Part shown: in pieces, positions 17,166-36,130 of the stretch | Layout: every line of letters begins with the position of its first letter | Position numbering within the stretch: position 1 is the stretch's first letter | Source of the DNA: the human T2T-CHM13v2.0 reference genome, Homo sapiens | Direction: 5' to 3' (one strand) | Assembly: GCF_009914755.1 (NCBI RefSeq) | Contig: NC_060931.1 | DNA length: 64,000 nucleotides | Notes under the pieces: model-generated | What the model was told of the DNA's origin: nothing | Database searches by the model: none | What the model saw: only the letters and a program-made list of their open reading frames with translations | Program-made: the position numbers and the translations under genes

Positions 17166-18085
17166 CTGAAATAATATAAAAAAGCAAAAGTGAAAAAAAG
17201 TATAGAAAATTAACACTTTACTATTCACAGGCAAAGTAAATATAAGAGGAGGGCTACAGTTCTAATAATGGTAAGCAAAGGAATTTGAACCAACCTTCCC
17301 ACTAAGAACTAGAATGGCTAGGAAAAATATAAATATATAAATAAAAACATTTTTAAAATATGTATAAAAGCCACAGACTATTAACAAAGCAAATGAGGAA
17401 TTAAAAAGATAGATGGCAATCTATACCAATGAGCATGACATTTTGGGCCACTTTTCTCCCAGAGGTATCTGCCAATTTCAACAGAGGCAGATGCCTGCCA
17501 GCTGAGAGGCAGTTGGAAGACCAACAAGCTGAGCAGGCATTTCAGCAGATTCAGCAGTCAGAGTGCACCAAGAAGGGTGCTTTAGTTTGGAGTTTCAAAA
17601 GGCCATACTGTAATAGTGAACCAGAAATCAAGCAGCCCTCAGAAAGACTGAAACGCATCTACGGATCATCTCAATCTGATTGCATAAAGGTGGTTCAAGA
17701 TTTATTAGTGCTTTTTACTCGCCTCTCCAATTTTTCATATATAATGTCCAGCACCACATCAAAAATAACCCAGCATAGATGGAGATAAGACACTATCACT
17801 AACACAATAGAAATAGATCCACAAAAGATTTAGATCAGGGATCAGCACATTTATTATATAAAAGGCCAGATAATAAATATGTTATGCTTTGTTGGTCACA
17901 TACAGTCTCTTGTATATTCTTTTTCTATTTTTGTTCTATAACCCTCTAAATATATAAAAACTATTCTTAGCTTGGAGATCACTCAAACACTTCTCTGGCA
18001 TAATCAGATATATCTTCAAACTATGCTTCAAATGTTCAAGGAAATAACTGATAAGATTGAAAATTCCAGGAGAGCACAGAAGTCA

Positions 18086-18252
<167 letters not shown>

Positions 18253-18473
18253 ACAATGAACTAATTTTAACCTTAATCTACGAAAAACACAATTAAGAAT
18301 AAAATCTTAAAGTACTCCCAGAAAATAACATTGAATTATCCCTCTGTAAGCATGAAACACACACATACAAAAAAAACTATACACATTAGTAAAGAAAAAT
18401 AAAAGCCTAGTATATATCCAGAGAATGACTAGGAAATCATTAACAGCAATATCAAACTTACCCAATAACTTCT

Positions 18474-18761
18474 TTTTTTTTTTTTTTAAACTGAGTCTCA
18501 CTCTGTCACCCAGGCTGGAGTGCAGTAGCGTGATCTCGGCTCACTGCAACCTCCACCTCCTGGGTTCAAGCAATTCTCTGCCTCAGCCTCCCAAGATTAC
18601 AGGAGCCCACCACCATGCTCGGCTAATTTTTTTGTATTTTTAGTAGAGATGGGGTTTCACCATCTTGGCCAGGCTGGTCTTGAACTCCTGACCTCAAGTG
18701 ATCCACCCGCCTCAGCCTCCCAAAGTTCTGGGATTACAGGCGTGAGCCATCGCGCCCGGCC
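18474..18761 (-). mobile_element. AluS (Sx/Sz-like)
   Basis: Poly-T followed by a full antisense Alu dimer. Confidence 0.92.
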
Positions 18762-19669
18762 CCAAAGAGCTTCTTAGTTTCATCAGTATCACTGGATTAA
18801 TAAATTTGCTTGCAATGAAATGATGGTCATTAAAAATCTATTCCACTCTGTTGGCATGTGCAAATAATGAAAAACATAGAATAATGTCTGTGTTATAACC
18901 TGAAAGGGGCCAACTATTATGAAGTAAAACAGAGGGAATACTTTAAATATGCAGCACCAATTGAGCTGGGGTTATAATTTCATTCTTTGTAGGCTATTGG
19001 CAGCATGAGACTTCTTGGCAGAATTTCTCACTTCCAATATAGAATATTATTATTATCATCAGCATTTGTTATGTAGGAAGGAGCTCTGATGGAAAATCTT
19101 AGTATCATGAAATGTCATCAAAATTCTCCATTTACTCTCTGCTTCCCCAGTTCAGTTTCTTGTTACTAGTTATGTAGTTGCTTTAGAAACAGGATATGGG
19201 CTCAGCTCACTTAAGCAATGATGAGCTTTATGATTAAAGCTCGCAGAAACGGTGCCAGGTAAAATTCTGCTCCACAGATAAAACAGCCAACGTTTAGCTG
19301 GATTAGAAGCAGAACGTCCTGCTGTCAAGAGTAGGATTGGCCCTTAGCATGCTGTGTAGCTTGGCACCCAGAAGGATTCCCAGGACAAAAGGAAAATCTC
19401 TAGGTAGATATATACAGATATTATCTCAAACACCAAAAATAACATTTGTGAATAAAAATAATAGAAAAACTCTTTCACATGTTGAGCCTTAAAATCTGTC
19501 AAACTAATCAATATAGTAAAAGAATGTGGAATTATATTATTTCATAAAAATCATACCTTTAAGTAAACTTTATTTCCTATTTTGAAAATCTTTTAGGGCG
19601 TAAATGTAACCATATTTAAAAATTTCTATGGAAACAACCAAGTACATCTTGCATTCAATTTAATTAATA

Positions 19670-20185
19670 TATGCAAAGGAATATAAATCCTTCTATTACA
19701 AAGACATGTGCACCCATGTCTTCGCTGCAGCACTATTCACAATAGCAAAGACATGGAATTAACCCAAACGCCCATCAGTGAAAGACTGGATAAAGAAAAT
19801 GTGGCACATATACACCATGGAATACTACGTAGCCATAAAAAGGAACAAGATCAGGTCCTTTGCAGGGACATGAATGGAGCTGGAGGCCATTATCCTCAGC
19901 AACAGGAACAGAAAACCAAACACCACATGTTCTCACTTATAAGTGGGAGCTGAACAATGAGAATACATGGACACAGGGAGAGGAACAACACACACTGGGG
20001 CCTGTCAAGGGATGGGGTGGGGAAAACATTAGGAAAAACAGCTAATGCATGCTGGGCTTAATACCTAGGTGATGGGTTGATAGATGCAAAAACCACCATG
20101 GCATACATTTACCTACGTAACAAACCTGTACATCCCGCACATGTACCCCAGAACTTAAAATAAAAATAAAAATTAATTTAAAAAA
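19670..20185 (+). mobile_element. Truncated L1PA 3' end (L1PA8-13-like)
   Basis: GAAAATGTGGCACATATACACCATGGAATACT...CACATGTACCCCAGAACTTAAAATAAAA. Confidence 0.85.
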
Positions 20186-20194
20186 TCATCTTAC

Positions 20195-20294
20195 CTGTGT
20201 AAAAAGTATAAACTGAGCAAATTGCCAGGGAAGCATAAAAGCAACATTGGAAAGACAGAGTGCAATGAAGGGCCTTCTATCATTGCTTGAGGTC
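20195..20294 (-). pseudogene. DPY19L2P2: DPY19L2-like exon 9 (100 nt)
   Basis: taag|G ACC TCA AGC AAT GAT...ACA CAG|gtaaga; TSSNDRRPFIALCLSNVAFMLPWQFAQFILFTQ. Confidence 0.93.
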
Positions 20295-21607
20295 CTTAAT
20301 AGAGAGAATTGATACCAGTAAGTTTCACCCTAAAAATGGGCTGTCGCTGAAAAGAAAGACTAATAGCAAAATGATAAAATCTACATTATTCCATTACCTT
20401 TACTATAATACAACAAAATATAGTTAACTTTGTAAAGTATACTAAAAAGAACTTGAAATACTTCATTCCTTGCATGAAGCAATCAAAATTAGAGTTTTAA
20501 AATTAACATTGTAATTTACCATTAAATATTTTAAATACAAAAGCTCTTTTTCCTCTACATATGCATGACATTAGAAATTTATTACTCCAGCAAGGAGGTC
20601 AGAAAATAGGATGTGGTGCTGTCCCTGCACACCTCAACATGCTTCTCCTGTATGTGTAGCAACAACTTTTATATACCACCACTTTTGTGCTTCAAAAAAC
20701 ATTGAAGAGAAATGTAAGTGCTGACAAAGTAATAAGTTAAAAACTATGGGAAAAATTTAAGGAAAAGGAATCTTAAAAAATTAAAAAATCATTCTAGAAT
20801 TCAGCTGAAGCATGTGGAAGTTTAAATTGTCCATTCTGCATTACTGAGATGTATTGGGAACCAATACCTTTTACCACAGAGAATTACAGTAACTTTTAGA
20901 TATGAAAAAAGAAACACAAACATTTTACATAAATAATAAAACTGTAACTCTTCCTTTTATAAATTCTGTACTGGATTTTGATGAATCTTTGTACAATCAT
21001 ATATAAATTTTCAAAAACAAAATTCTAAATGTTCATATTGCTTACTAATCTTATCATAAAATACTCATTATGTACTTTGTAATCTTATATTTTTCAAACA
21101 AAAATTACTTTTGACTAAGACACAGAGTATAGCACATGCCCTCAATGATACAACCCTAAATATTCTAATTAAGACATTTTATTCCATGAAACCCCTGACT
21201 GACCAGACTGATATCACTTCAAAAAAATAAAAATAACCCACCTTTCTAGGAATTAAACTGGGAATGAATAGCAAGGGGTGATGAAGAATGGGCAGCTTCC
21301 ATCACCTAATCTTTGAGAGAAGGCAAAGTGTAGAGCAAAGATATAGAAATCTCAGTGAGGAGGAGGTTCCTAAATCCAAATTCAACCCCAGAATATACTT
21401 GTCAGGTTGGTAAGAAATCAGAAGTTGGCCTGCTCCATTCTCAAGGTTTGTGCCACCCCAGTACACTACTATTTACCACCCTTCAATTAGCTTTATCTGA
21501 GTGCCACAAATATTTGCATGGACGTGTGCAGTGTTCTGTGGTTAAAGAGATAAATATGGCATGGTCCCTGTTTAAAAGTACAGTGGTACTTTTAAATACA
21601 TGTAATT

Positions 21608-21905
21608 GGCCAGGCACAGTGGCTCACACCTGTAATCCCAGCACTTAGGGAGGCTGAAGCGGGTGGATCACTTGAGGTCAGGAGTTCGAGACCAGCCTGG
21701 CCAACATGGTAAAACCCTGCCTCTACTAAAAATACAAAAATTAGCTGGGGATGGTGGCGTGCACCTATAATCCCAGCTACTTGGGAGGCTGAGGCAGGAG
21801 AATCGCTTGAACCTGGGAAGCAGAGGTTGCAGTGAGCAGATCGTGCCACTGCACTCCAGCCTGGGTGACAGAGCAAGACCTCATCTCTAAATAAATAAAT
21901 AAAAA
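21608..21905 (+). mobile_element. AluS (Sx/Sz-like)
   Basis: Full dimer with (TAAA)n tail. Confidence 0.92.
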
Positions 21906-22677
21906 TTTGTGTATTGTGGAAGATTCATAAATTTACTGTTTTAAAAAACAAGGAAGACAAACAAATGATTTTTATAGAAGGCAGAATCTCCCAGGGACTA
22001 GTAGGTGAAGAATGGGGTCCTCTGGGAGTTTGGAGGAGATAGTGATCATTATTTCATTCAGTGAGAGTTCTCATTAGTATTCTATCAAACTTATTTCTCT
22101 GATAAGGTTATTTATACTATTCTACCACTTATGGGGTTTTTTGTTCATTTCTCAGACCTCTTAAATATCTAAAATGCTTATAAATGTAATCCCTACAAAA
22201 AAAGTGTATCCAAAAAAAAAAGTTTGAAATGAAACTGGTTGTCCTGTTAGAAACATTGGTTGTTCAGAAATGCTTCATAAATATGTGAATATATATACTC
22301 CTTATCCATCTAACTCTGCATTTCCCAAATTCATTTGCACACAGAACACTTTTTTCATGGCAGTTATCAAAACCACAGGTTAGAAAACAATGTCAGAGAA
22401 CTTAAACTGTGAAGAGAAAATGTAATTGTTTCTCAAAAACTTTTGAATCTTGGCAAACTATATACAAACACATACCTTTTGGTTTATTAAAACATAATGT
22501 AGTTATCTAAAACCTGTAGCCTACACTCTTAAACGGAGAGCAATTTTTACATAGCAATTTTGAATTATTTTCTTAACCCTATACTCAATTTACTTTTAAA
22601 ATAACTAAAAAATGGTCTAAATTTGGTAATTACAACTTCATAGATTGAAGTATATATATGTAATATATATATTTACA

Positions 22678-22986
<309 letters not shown>

Positions 22987-23000
22987 TAAATCGAAGTTAC

Positions 23001-23092
23001 CTGAGAATCAAAGTTAAAACATACATCTGAAGTACAAGGAAAGGATAGGAAAAACTTTCACGGAGAGGTGGTGTCCACATCACACAGGTGGC
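23001..23092 (-). pseudogene. DPY19L2P2: DPY19L2-like exon 8 (92 nt)
   Basis: tttcag|GCC ACC TGT GTG ATG TGG...ATT CTC AG|gtaact; ATCVMWTPPLRESFSYPFLVLQMYVLTLIL. Confidence 0.93.
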
Positions 23093-24074
23093 CTGAAATC
23101 AACAAAATGCCCACTTTACATCCTGTTTACTACAACAAACATATTAAAAAATGAGGGGTGAGTTTGTTTTAGTAATTTTAATACTAGGCTCACTAGATCC
23201 CATTTCTGAGTGTCTGGCATAGCTTCTCAGTTTTTGAAGCTCTCTCAACTCATGAGACCATTATGTAGTGAGCAGTTAACTACCATGTCCAGAAACCAGC
23301 TACAGATATATCAGACCGAGCAAAAGGAAGCCCAAGGGACAAACAAGATTGTACGTATAAGAGTTGTGAGAATTCTGGGACTGACCAACTAGATCCACAG
23401 CCCAGCCCTGCAGTATGATCCTGGCATATGATCCTGGCATCCCAGGCTTTGAGATATATGCATGCCAAGACAAATAGCTAAACAAATGTCACCTAGGTCA
23501 TTCGCAAGCACCAAGAGAGTTTCTACATAACAAGTATGAATGAATATAAATACACACTTCGAATAGCTACGATTGCCTCAGAATTTGTAAAATGTACCTT
23601 AAAAAAGGTTAAGTACATATTTTAAAAACAACTAGAAGTATTTGGGAACTACAAATGTGATGCATGTAATGAAAGTATTAAATTTTCAAACAAACTTTAA
23701 AATTACTTCTAAGACATATGGGTCAGAGTATTAGAAAAATTTTCCATCAAAAATTCTGAAATTCTAGAAAGAATGTGAACTCTTATTACTTTGCAAGAGT
23801 CTTAAAAGTTATTGCTTCTCTTCCAAGATACCAAAATTGTAAATGTTGGAAGAGGAATTATGATACATATAAGAAAGTCAACTTATACCAATAGTTGTCT
23901 GGAACACTCAGAGAAAAACCTTTGTCTTTAGGTCAGCACATTGTTGAATGACAATGCATTTGTTTGCTTTAAAATAATATATATAAGGCTTTTATGTATA
24001 ATTTTTATGATTCCTTTATCTAACTGATTTTTAAAAATTAACCCAAGAGCAATGGATAAAAGTACTTCTGCCCT

Positions 24075-24394
<320 letters not shown>

Positions 24395-25427
24395 TCATAA
24401 CATATTAAATGTTTTGCTCCCAAGAGCTAGTAGTCAGAATCTCTCTCTTTTTCATTGCCATATCCTCAGCATTTAGCAGAGCATGGACGTGGTATGTACT
24501 CAATAATTTGTTGAATGAATCCATCGTATTTGAAATAAGCTTCTATGAGCTCTTTTTTAGGTGGACTATGTTTCACTGGGCTGAATTAGTAAGTTAATGT
24601 CTATTTTGAATTCAGCATTTTGCATTACTGAACAGACAGCATGATGTAACAGAAAGAAGTGAGGGAGCAGGTGGCAGTGTCTTAACTGTGTCCCTGCTGT
24701 CAGGCCTGAGGCCTCTTTCATTGTTGTTAAGGGGAGAGCAATGCATACATAGTTTCAGTTAGGCAAGGTGAATAAGTTCTGGAGATCTGCTATACAACAT
24801 TGTGTTAATACTATATTATACACTTAAAAATCTGTTAAGAGGGCAGATCATATGTTACTTACTCTGACCACAATAAAAAAGTTGAATATATATGTTATAT
24901 ATATATAATATATAAGTTTTTATAAAATATAACTATAATTTTATAATTTATAAAATATAAATTAATATATATGTGAGGTTTTAGAGGCAGACAGACATAG
25001 AATGGGAAATCCAGCTTCATCATGTAGTAAATGTGGAAAGTGGATAAGTAACTTAATTTTCTCTAAATTTAAATTTCATAACTTGTATGGCGAGGCTACC
25101 ATCACCCACAAAAAAACTTTAGTGGGAATAAATCAGATAATGTGCATGATATGATTCAACTCAACAAGTACAATATTTCCTTTTCTCTACAGAATATATG
25201 CATATGTATATATTTACTAAAAATAAGGCAAGAGATTTCATGTTTGAAATTCTAGCTATTTAAACATTTCAATCAACATGATTAAAATATCAACTTATAA
25301 CACAAGGGTCTTTAAAATATTGTGAAGTCATAAGTAGTATACAATTAAATATTCTTTTGATGAGTATATTTCCTTGTTCCTCTACAGCCTCTTCTATTTC
25401 TTAAAAATTGCTTTCTAGAGAACAAAC

Positions 25428-25485
25428 CTCTCCATGGTTGAAAAAGAAGCACAGTACTGTAATAAGACCTCCCAGTTCAGTACCA
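25428..25485 (-). pseudogene. DPY19L2P2: DPY19L2-like exon 7 (58 nt)
   Basis: poly-T acag|T GGT ACT GAA CTG GGA...GGA GAG|gtttgt; GTELGGLITVLCFFFNHGE. Confidence 0.92.
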
Positions 25486-25741
25486 CTGTAAAAAAAAAAA
25501 AAAATAGAGTATACAATCAAAATTCATGTAAAATACAGTGAGTTTTTCACAAAATTACCTCAGAATTTAAAATCACAGTTTTCTATATTTAAAACATAAT
25601 AGTACTAAACCATACCCATGTGGTTGAAGTTTAAATCCTGAATGTACAATTCTAAAAACTGTATGTATAAATTAATCTCAATTTTATAATTTATTATAGC
25701 TAAAATACTTTCTAAATAAAATACATAAGGTGTGAACATAA

Positions 25742-26032
<291 letters not shown>

Positions 26033-26285
26033 ACATAAAATCATTTTTAAGAAACAGGCTAGCACTTTAGAGTCTAGATCACATCCTTTGAACACTCTGA
26101 ACAAAAGCAAATTTTTATCTTTTGAAATTGGATTTAAGGGACTGAGAGATGAAGACAACATTCTAACAGTTTCATGTAGCATTAACTTAGAACTATCTAA
26201 ACTACTGCAAATATTCTTTACTTGAGTCCCAGAGAAGCAATAATGCAGAATACAAAAATCAGATGAAAGATAAAAACCATTTCTT

Positions 26286-26600
26286 TTGTTGTTGTTGTTG
26301 TTGTTTTGTTTTGTTTTGAGACAGAGTCTCACTCTGTCACCCAGGCTGGAGTGCAGTGGCGCGATCTCGGTTCACTGCAACCTCCGCCTCCCTGGTTCAA
26401 GCTGATTCTTCTGTCTCAGCCTCCCGAGTAGCTGGGATTACAGGCACATGCCACCATACCTGGCTGATTTTTGTATTTTTAGTAGAGACGGTGTTTCGCC
26501 ATGTTGGCCAGGCTGGTCTCAAACTCCTGACTTCAAGTGATCCAGCCGCCTCAGCCTCCCAAAGTGCTGGGATTACAGGCGTGAGCCACCGCACCCGGCC
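26286..26600 (-). mobile_element. AluS (Sx/Sz-like) with (TTG)n tail
   Basis: Full antisense dimer; TSD AAAAACCATTTCTT. Confidence 0.92.
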
Positions 26601-27014
26601 AAAAACCATTTCTTAAATTGCCTTTTTGTGATCATGTCTGTGTATAAGAATGCAGATGCTCAATCCCACATCTGTATAGTGTTTCTATGCTTCCATTTAT
26701 CTTTTCTCCATACACCACTTCCCTAGTCTAACACATTCTAAGCACCATGAGGACAGGGACAGGTTCTTTATCTGTCTTGTTCATTGCTATATCCCCAGCT
26801 TCACACTTGGAAGATTAATAAATATTGGTTGAATTAATGAAGAAAGAAAGGAAGAAAACAGCAGAGGAAGGCTCATGGGAAATGATTTACCATTTAATAA
26901 AGCTTCACACAGAAAATACAAAGGATGAACTTCAAAGAGGAAGAAATTGAAAGAAAGAATGTGTGAGCAGCAAGGACCAATTGTACATGGAGGAACTGAG
27001 GAAATGTGGATAAA

Positions 27015-27488
27015 TCAAAGTAAGATGAGTTGGCGGGGGGTGGAGCCAAGATGGCCGAATGGGAACAGCTCCAGTCTACAGCTCCCAGCATGAGCGATGC
27101 AGAAGACGGGTGATTTCTGCATTTCCAACTGAGGTACTGTGTTCATCTCACTGGGGATTGCTGGAAAGTGGGTGCAGGACAGTGGGTGCAGTGCACCGAG
27201 CATGAGCTGAAGCAGGGCTAGGCATTGCCTCACCCGGGAAGCGCAAGGGATCAGGGAATTCCCTTTCCTAATCAAAGAAAGGGGTGACAGAAGGCACCTG
27301 GAAAATTGGGTCACTCCCACCCTAATACTGCGCTTTTCCAGTGGTCTTAGTAAATGGCACACCAGGAGATTATATCCCGCACCTGGCTCAGAGGGTCCTA
27401 TGCCCACGGAGCCTCCCTCATTGCTAGCACAGCAGTCTGAGATCAAACTGCAAGGCGGCAGCCAGGATGGGGGAGGGGCGCCTGCCAT
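27015..27488 (-). CDS. L1 antisense ORF0, C-terminally extended (157 aa); expression unproven
   Basis: ATG 27488 gives MAGAPPPSWLPPCSLISDCCASNEGGSVGIGPSEPG..., matching primate L1 ORF0; the frame stays open past the L1 5' end to a stop at 27015. Confidence 0.6.
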   Translation of the reverse strand: MAGAPPPSWLPPCSLISDCCASNEGGSVGIGPSEPGAGYNLLVCHLLRPLEKRSIRVGVTQFSRCLLSPLSLIRKGNSLIPCASRVRQCLALLQLMLGALHPLSCTHFPAIPSEMNTVPQLEMQKSPVFCIAHAGSCRLELFPFGHLGSTPRQLILL

Positions 27489-28062
27489 TGCCAAGGCTTG
27501 AGTAGGTAAACAAAGCAGCCAGGAAGCTCGAACTGGGTGGAGCCTCCCGCAGCTCAAGGAGGCCTGCCTGCCTCTGTAGACTCCACCTCTGGGGGCAGGA
27601 CATTGCCAAACAAAAGGCAGCAGAATCCTCTGCAGACTTAAATGTCTCTGTCTGACAGCTTTGAAGAGAGTAGCGGTTCTCCCAGTACGCAGCTGGAGAT
27701 CTGAGAACAGACAGACTGCCTCCTCAAGTGGGTCCCTGACCTCCGAGTAGCATAACTGGGAGGCACCCCCAGTAGGGGCAGACTGACACCTCACACAGCC
27801 GGGTACTCCTCTGAGACAAAACTTCCAGAGGAATGATCAGGCAGCAACACTTGCTGTTCACCAATATCCACTGTTCTGCAGCATCCACTGCTGATACCCA
27901 CGCAAACAGGGTCTGGAGTGGACCTCCAGCAAACTCCAACAGACCTGCAGCTGAGGGTCCTGACTGTTAGAAGGAAAACTAACAAACAGAAAGGACATCC
28001 ACACCAAAACCCCATCTGTACGTCACCATCATCAAAGACCAAAGGTAGATAAAACCACAAAG

Positions 28063-29078
28063 ATGGGGAAAAAAACAGAGCAGAAAAACTGAAAACCCTA
28101 AAAATCAGAGTGCCTCTCCTCCTCCAAAGGAACGCTGCTCCTCACCAGCAACGGAACAAAGCTGGATGGAGAATGACTTTGACGAGTTGAGAGAAGAAGG
28201 CTTCAGATGATCGAACTACTCTGAGCTAAAGGGAGTTTGAACCCATGGCAAAGAAGTTAAAAACCTTGAAAAAAAAATTAGACGAATGGCTAACTAGAAT
28301 AACCAATGCAGAGGAGTCCTTAAAGGACCTGATGGAGCTGAAAACCAAGGCACGAGAACTACATGACGAATGCACAAGCCTCAGTAGCCAATTCGATCAA
28401 CTGGAAGAAAGGGTATCAGTGATGGACAATCAAATGAATGAAATGAAGCGAGAAGAGAAGTTTAGAGAAAAAACAATAAAAAGAAACGAACAAAGCCTCC
28501 AAGAAATATGGGACTATGTGAAAAGACCAAATCTACATCTGATTGGTGTACCTGAAAGTGACAGGGAGAATGGAACCAAGTTGGAAAACACTCTGCAGGA
28601 TATTATCCAGGAGAACTTCCCCAGTCTAGCAAGGCAGGCCAACACTCAAATTCAGGAAATACAGAGAATGCCACAAAGATACTCCTCGAGAAGAGCAACT
28701 CCAAGACACAGAATTGTCAGATTCACCAAAATGGAAATGCAGGAAAAATTGTTAAGGGCAGCCAGAGAGAAAGGTCAGGTTACCCACAAAGGGAAGCCCA
28801 TGAGACTAACAGCGGATCTCTCAGCAGAAACTCTACAAGCCAGAAGTGAATGCGGGCCAATATTCAACATTCTTAAAGAAAAGAATTTTCAACCCAGAAT
28901 TTCATATCCAGCCAAACTAAGCTTCGTAAGTGAAGGAGAAATAAAATCCTTTACAGACAAGCAAATGCTGAGAGATTTTGTCACCACCAGGCCTGCCCTA
29001 AAAGAGCTCCTGAAGGAAGCACTAAATATGGAAAGGAACAACTGGTACCAGCCACTGCAAAAACAAGCCAAATTGTAA
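28063..29078 (+). pseudogene. L1 ORF1 (disrupted N-terminus, open from about 28245)
   Basis: ORF 28245..29078 contains SLQEIWDYVKRPNL and YPAKLSF; extra A after the canonical ATG. Confidence 0.9.
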
Positions 29079-29141
29079 AGAACATCAAGGCTAGGAAGAA
29101 ACTGCATCAAGTAACGAGCAAAATAACCAGCTAACATCATA

Positions 29142-32962
<3,821 letters not shown>

Positions 32963-33626
32963 ACAATGAGAACACTTGGACACAGTTTGGGGAACATCAC
33001 ACACCGGGGCCTGTCATGGGGTGGGGGGAGGGAGGAGGGATAGCATTAGGAGATATACCTAATGTAAATGACAAGTTATTGGGTGCAGCACACCAACATG
33101 GCACAAGTATACATATGTAACAAACCTGAACGTTGTGCACATGTACCCTAGAACTTAAAAGTATAATAATAATTAAAAAAAAGAGAGGATGTTTTGAAGA
33201 AAAGCATTCCAAGATTCCTTGTTTGATTGGAAAAACGGGAAAGATATCAATGTATTTTATACTTGAACAAATCATATCTGTATGTTAAAATTTTATGGTT
33301 AGTCACCAAAAGAATGGAAGTAGAATATCTACCTTCCCAGTTAGTGTCAGTGGGGAGGGTAGCCATGGTAACAAATACAAAAGTTTTCCCCAAATTTCTA
33401 TTTCTTTTGTTCCTCAAATGCCAGTTTCCAATCTCCTCACAGTTTTGATGACACCTCTACAGTCAATATTGGTTGACTCTGTATATCCTTCTTAAAGACT
33501 AGATAGAGCCTAATATTGTATTTTATATTCCAGGACTATATAACCAATTTAGAGAGAATAGCACCTCTTCGGTAGCCCTCCTAATGAAATATACTGATTT
33601 TTAAAGTTTTAGTCATTGTTGTGTAA

Positions 33627-34020
<394 letters not shown>

Positions 34021-34099
34021 CAAAACAGAACTTTTTTAAAAAAATAGAACATTTTTAAAGCTGCCCAAACAATCTCAAAGCAATCCTTTTCCCTCAAAA

Positions 34100-36130
34100 T
34101 ACTTCAATGAGCTTATATTTTTTCTATATGGCATATAGAAAAGTGCATAACATTTCTAGCTCATAGAACTATTGTAAAAGGAACGTCCATGTAGTCGCCA
34201 TATAATTAACTGAAATAGAGAAATTATTATACTGAGTCTCCACTTGCCAGCCTCCAAGATAAGAATCAGCTACTGACCTGATTTTTGAGATTATCAACAT
34301 AACCATTTCTATATACATATCAAACTATGATTTACTTTAATCTGTTTTTAAACAACATACAAATGGAAGTATGGAGTATTTTTTTAAATTTTGTACCTGG
34401 ATTCATTCATTCAAAATTATATTTGTAAGATTCAACCATATTGTGTGTAGCTGTATAGTTCATTCATTCTCATTATTGTATACTGTTCCACCATGTTAAT
34501 AAACCAAAATGTATTCATTTCTCTGTTAATGGATATTTGGGTTGTTTCCAGTTTGAAGCTATTGCAAATAATGCTACTATATTATTGTATGTACTTCCCA
34601 GTACACATGTGCAAGACTTTTTTGGGAATATATACTTTAAATTAGAATTACTGAGTTACAAGGTATCTATATCTTGAAGGTTATCAGATAATGTACACTG
34701 TTTACCAAAACAGTTGTACCAATTTATATGTCCACCTGCGGTGGATGAAAGCTCATTTATCAATCTATTAGATGTGAGTTGGTATTTCACTGTGGTTTGA
34801 ATTTGTATTTTCTTGATGACTAATGATGGTGGTCAACTTTACATATGTTTATTGACCATTTGGAGTTCTTCTGGGAAATATCAGTTCATAAACAATTTGT
34901 CCATTTTTCTATCAGGTTGTCTTTCCTCTTTATCTTCCCACTCTAATATAAACTTCACGAGGACAGAGATTTCTGTTCTGTATTCCAAGCACCTAGAACA
35001 GTGCTCCTGGTCACAACAGTCTTTCAATAAATATTTATCAAATTAATGAATGAAATTTCTGGATAGTAGGTGGGGCATATACTTTGTAAATATCTTCACT
35101 CACTTTGCGGTTTATTTTTTATCCTACAGTTCTTTTGAGGAACTGAAGTTCTTTTCATCAAATTTATCAGTTTTTCTTCATGACTGGATTTTTGTATCTT
35201 GTTTATGAAATCATTTCTTATTCCAAGTGACTTTTTCTATATTATACGCTGAACACTTTATAAATTTGTCTTTCATATTTGAGTGTTTAATCCAACTTGG
35301 ATTTATTACTTATATAGTTCCAATTTCTCCTTGTTCCATATGATCTCCCAATTATTCAAGCACTATTTATTAAAATGCCTGTCCTTACTCACCAATCTGC
35401 GATACCCACTCTTCCATATATCAAATGCCTTTAAATGTACATTTCTGCTCTGGGCTCTACTCTATTGCAGTTATCTATTTGTCTATTGCTATGCTAATAT
35501 CATAGTGTCTTTTTACATTAGCTTTATAATACAGCAACAATTGATAGTGCAAATCCTCCTTTTTCAAGAATACCTTGACTGTATTTGGCCCTTTGCATTT
35601 CTGAATAACTTTTAAATCAGCTCATCAAAGTCAACAAAAAATACGTTGGAATTTTGACTGGTAGAGCATTGAATCTATAAAGCTTTTAAATATCAAGTCT
35701 TCAATCAGTGAATGTGGAATATCTCTCCACTTAGATTTTCCTAGACATATCTCAGGAATGTTTTAATCATTTGCCCATAGCTGTCATATGTATCTTTTGT
35801 TGGATTTATTCTGAGGAATATCATGCTTTTAATGCTATTCTAAATAGCATCCTTTCAAAATTTCATTTTCTATTTGATGCTAAAGTATAAAATTTATAAT
35901 TTTGAATTTTAATATTAATGCTTACATCTAGTAACATTGTAAATTTTCTTATTATTGCAAATACTGTATCCATAAACTTTTAAAATTTTTCTAGATACAT
36001 GATGTAATCTACTTTTAAGAACACTTATTTCTTTTTTTTCAAGTTTTCCAATCCTTATACTTATTACTACTTTTCTTTTTATTTACCGTGCTGGATAGTA
36101 TCCCTGGCACAATACTGACTATGTCATTAG
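34100..36130 (-). mobile_element. Ancient L1M (L1ME-like) with nested L2 tail
   Basis: GGATATTTGGGTTGTTTCCAGTTT and TTGGTATTTCACTGTGGTTTGAATTTG; L2 end TCAATAAATATTTATCAAATTAATGAATGAA near 35040. Confidence 0.65.
35432..35696 (+). repeat. Inverted duplication, copy A (probable donor, inside old L1M)
   Basis: Reverse complement of 40366-40631; about 5 substitutions and 1 indel by manual comparison. Confidence 0.92.

Noticed and set aside
35283-35615. Same peptide encoded twice (also 40447..40650), suggesting a duplicated small gene
   Set aside because: By-product of the inverted duplication of L1M-derived DNA; no splice or coding signature.
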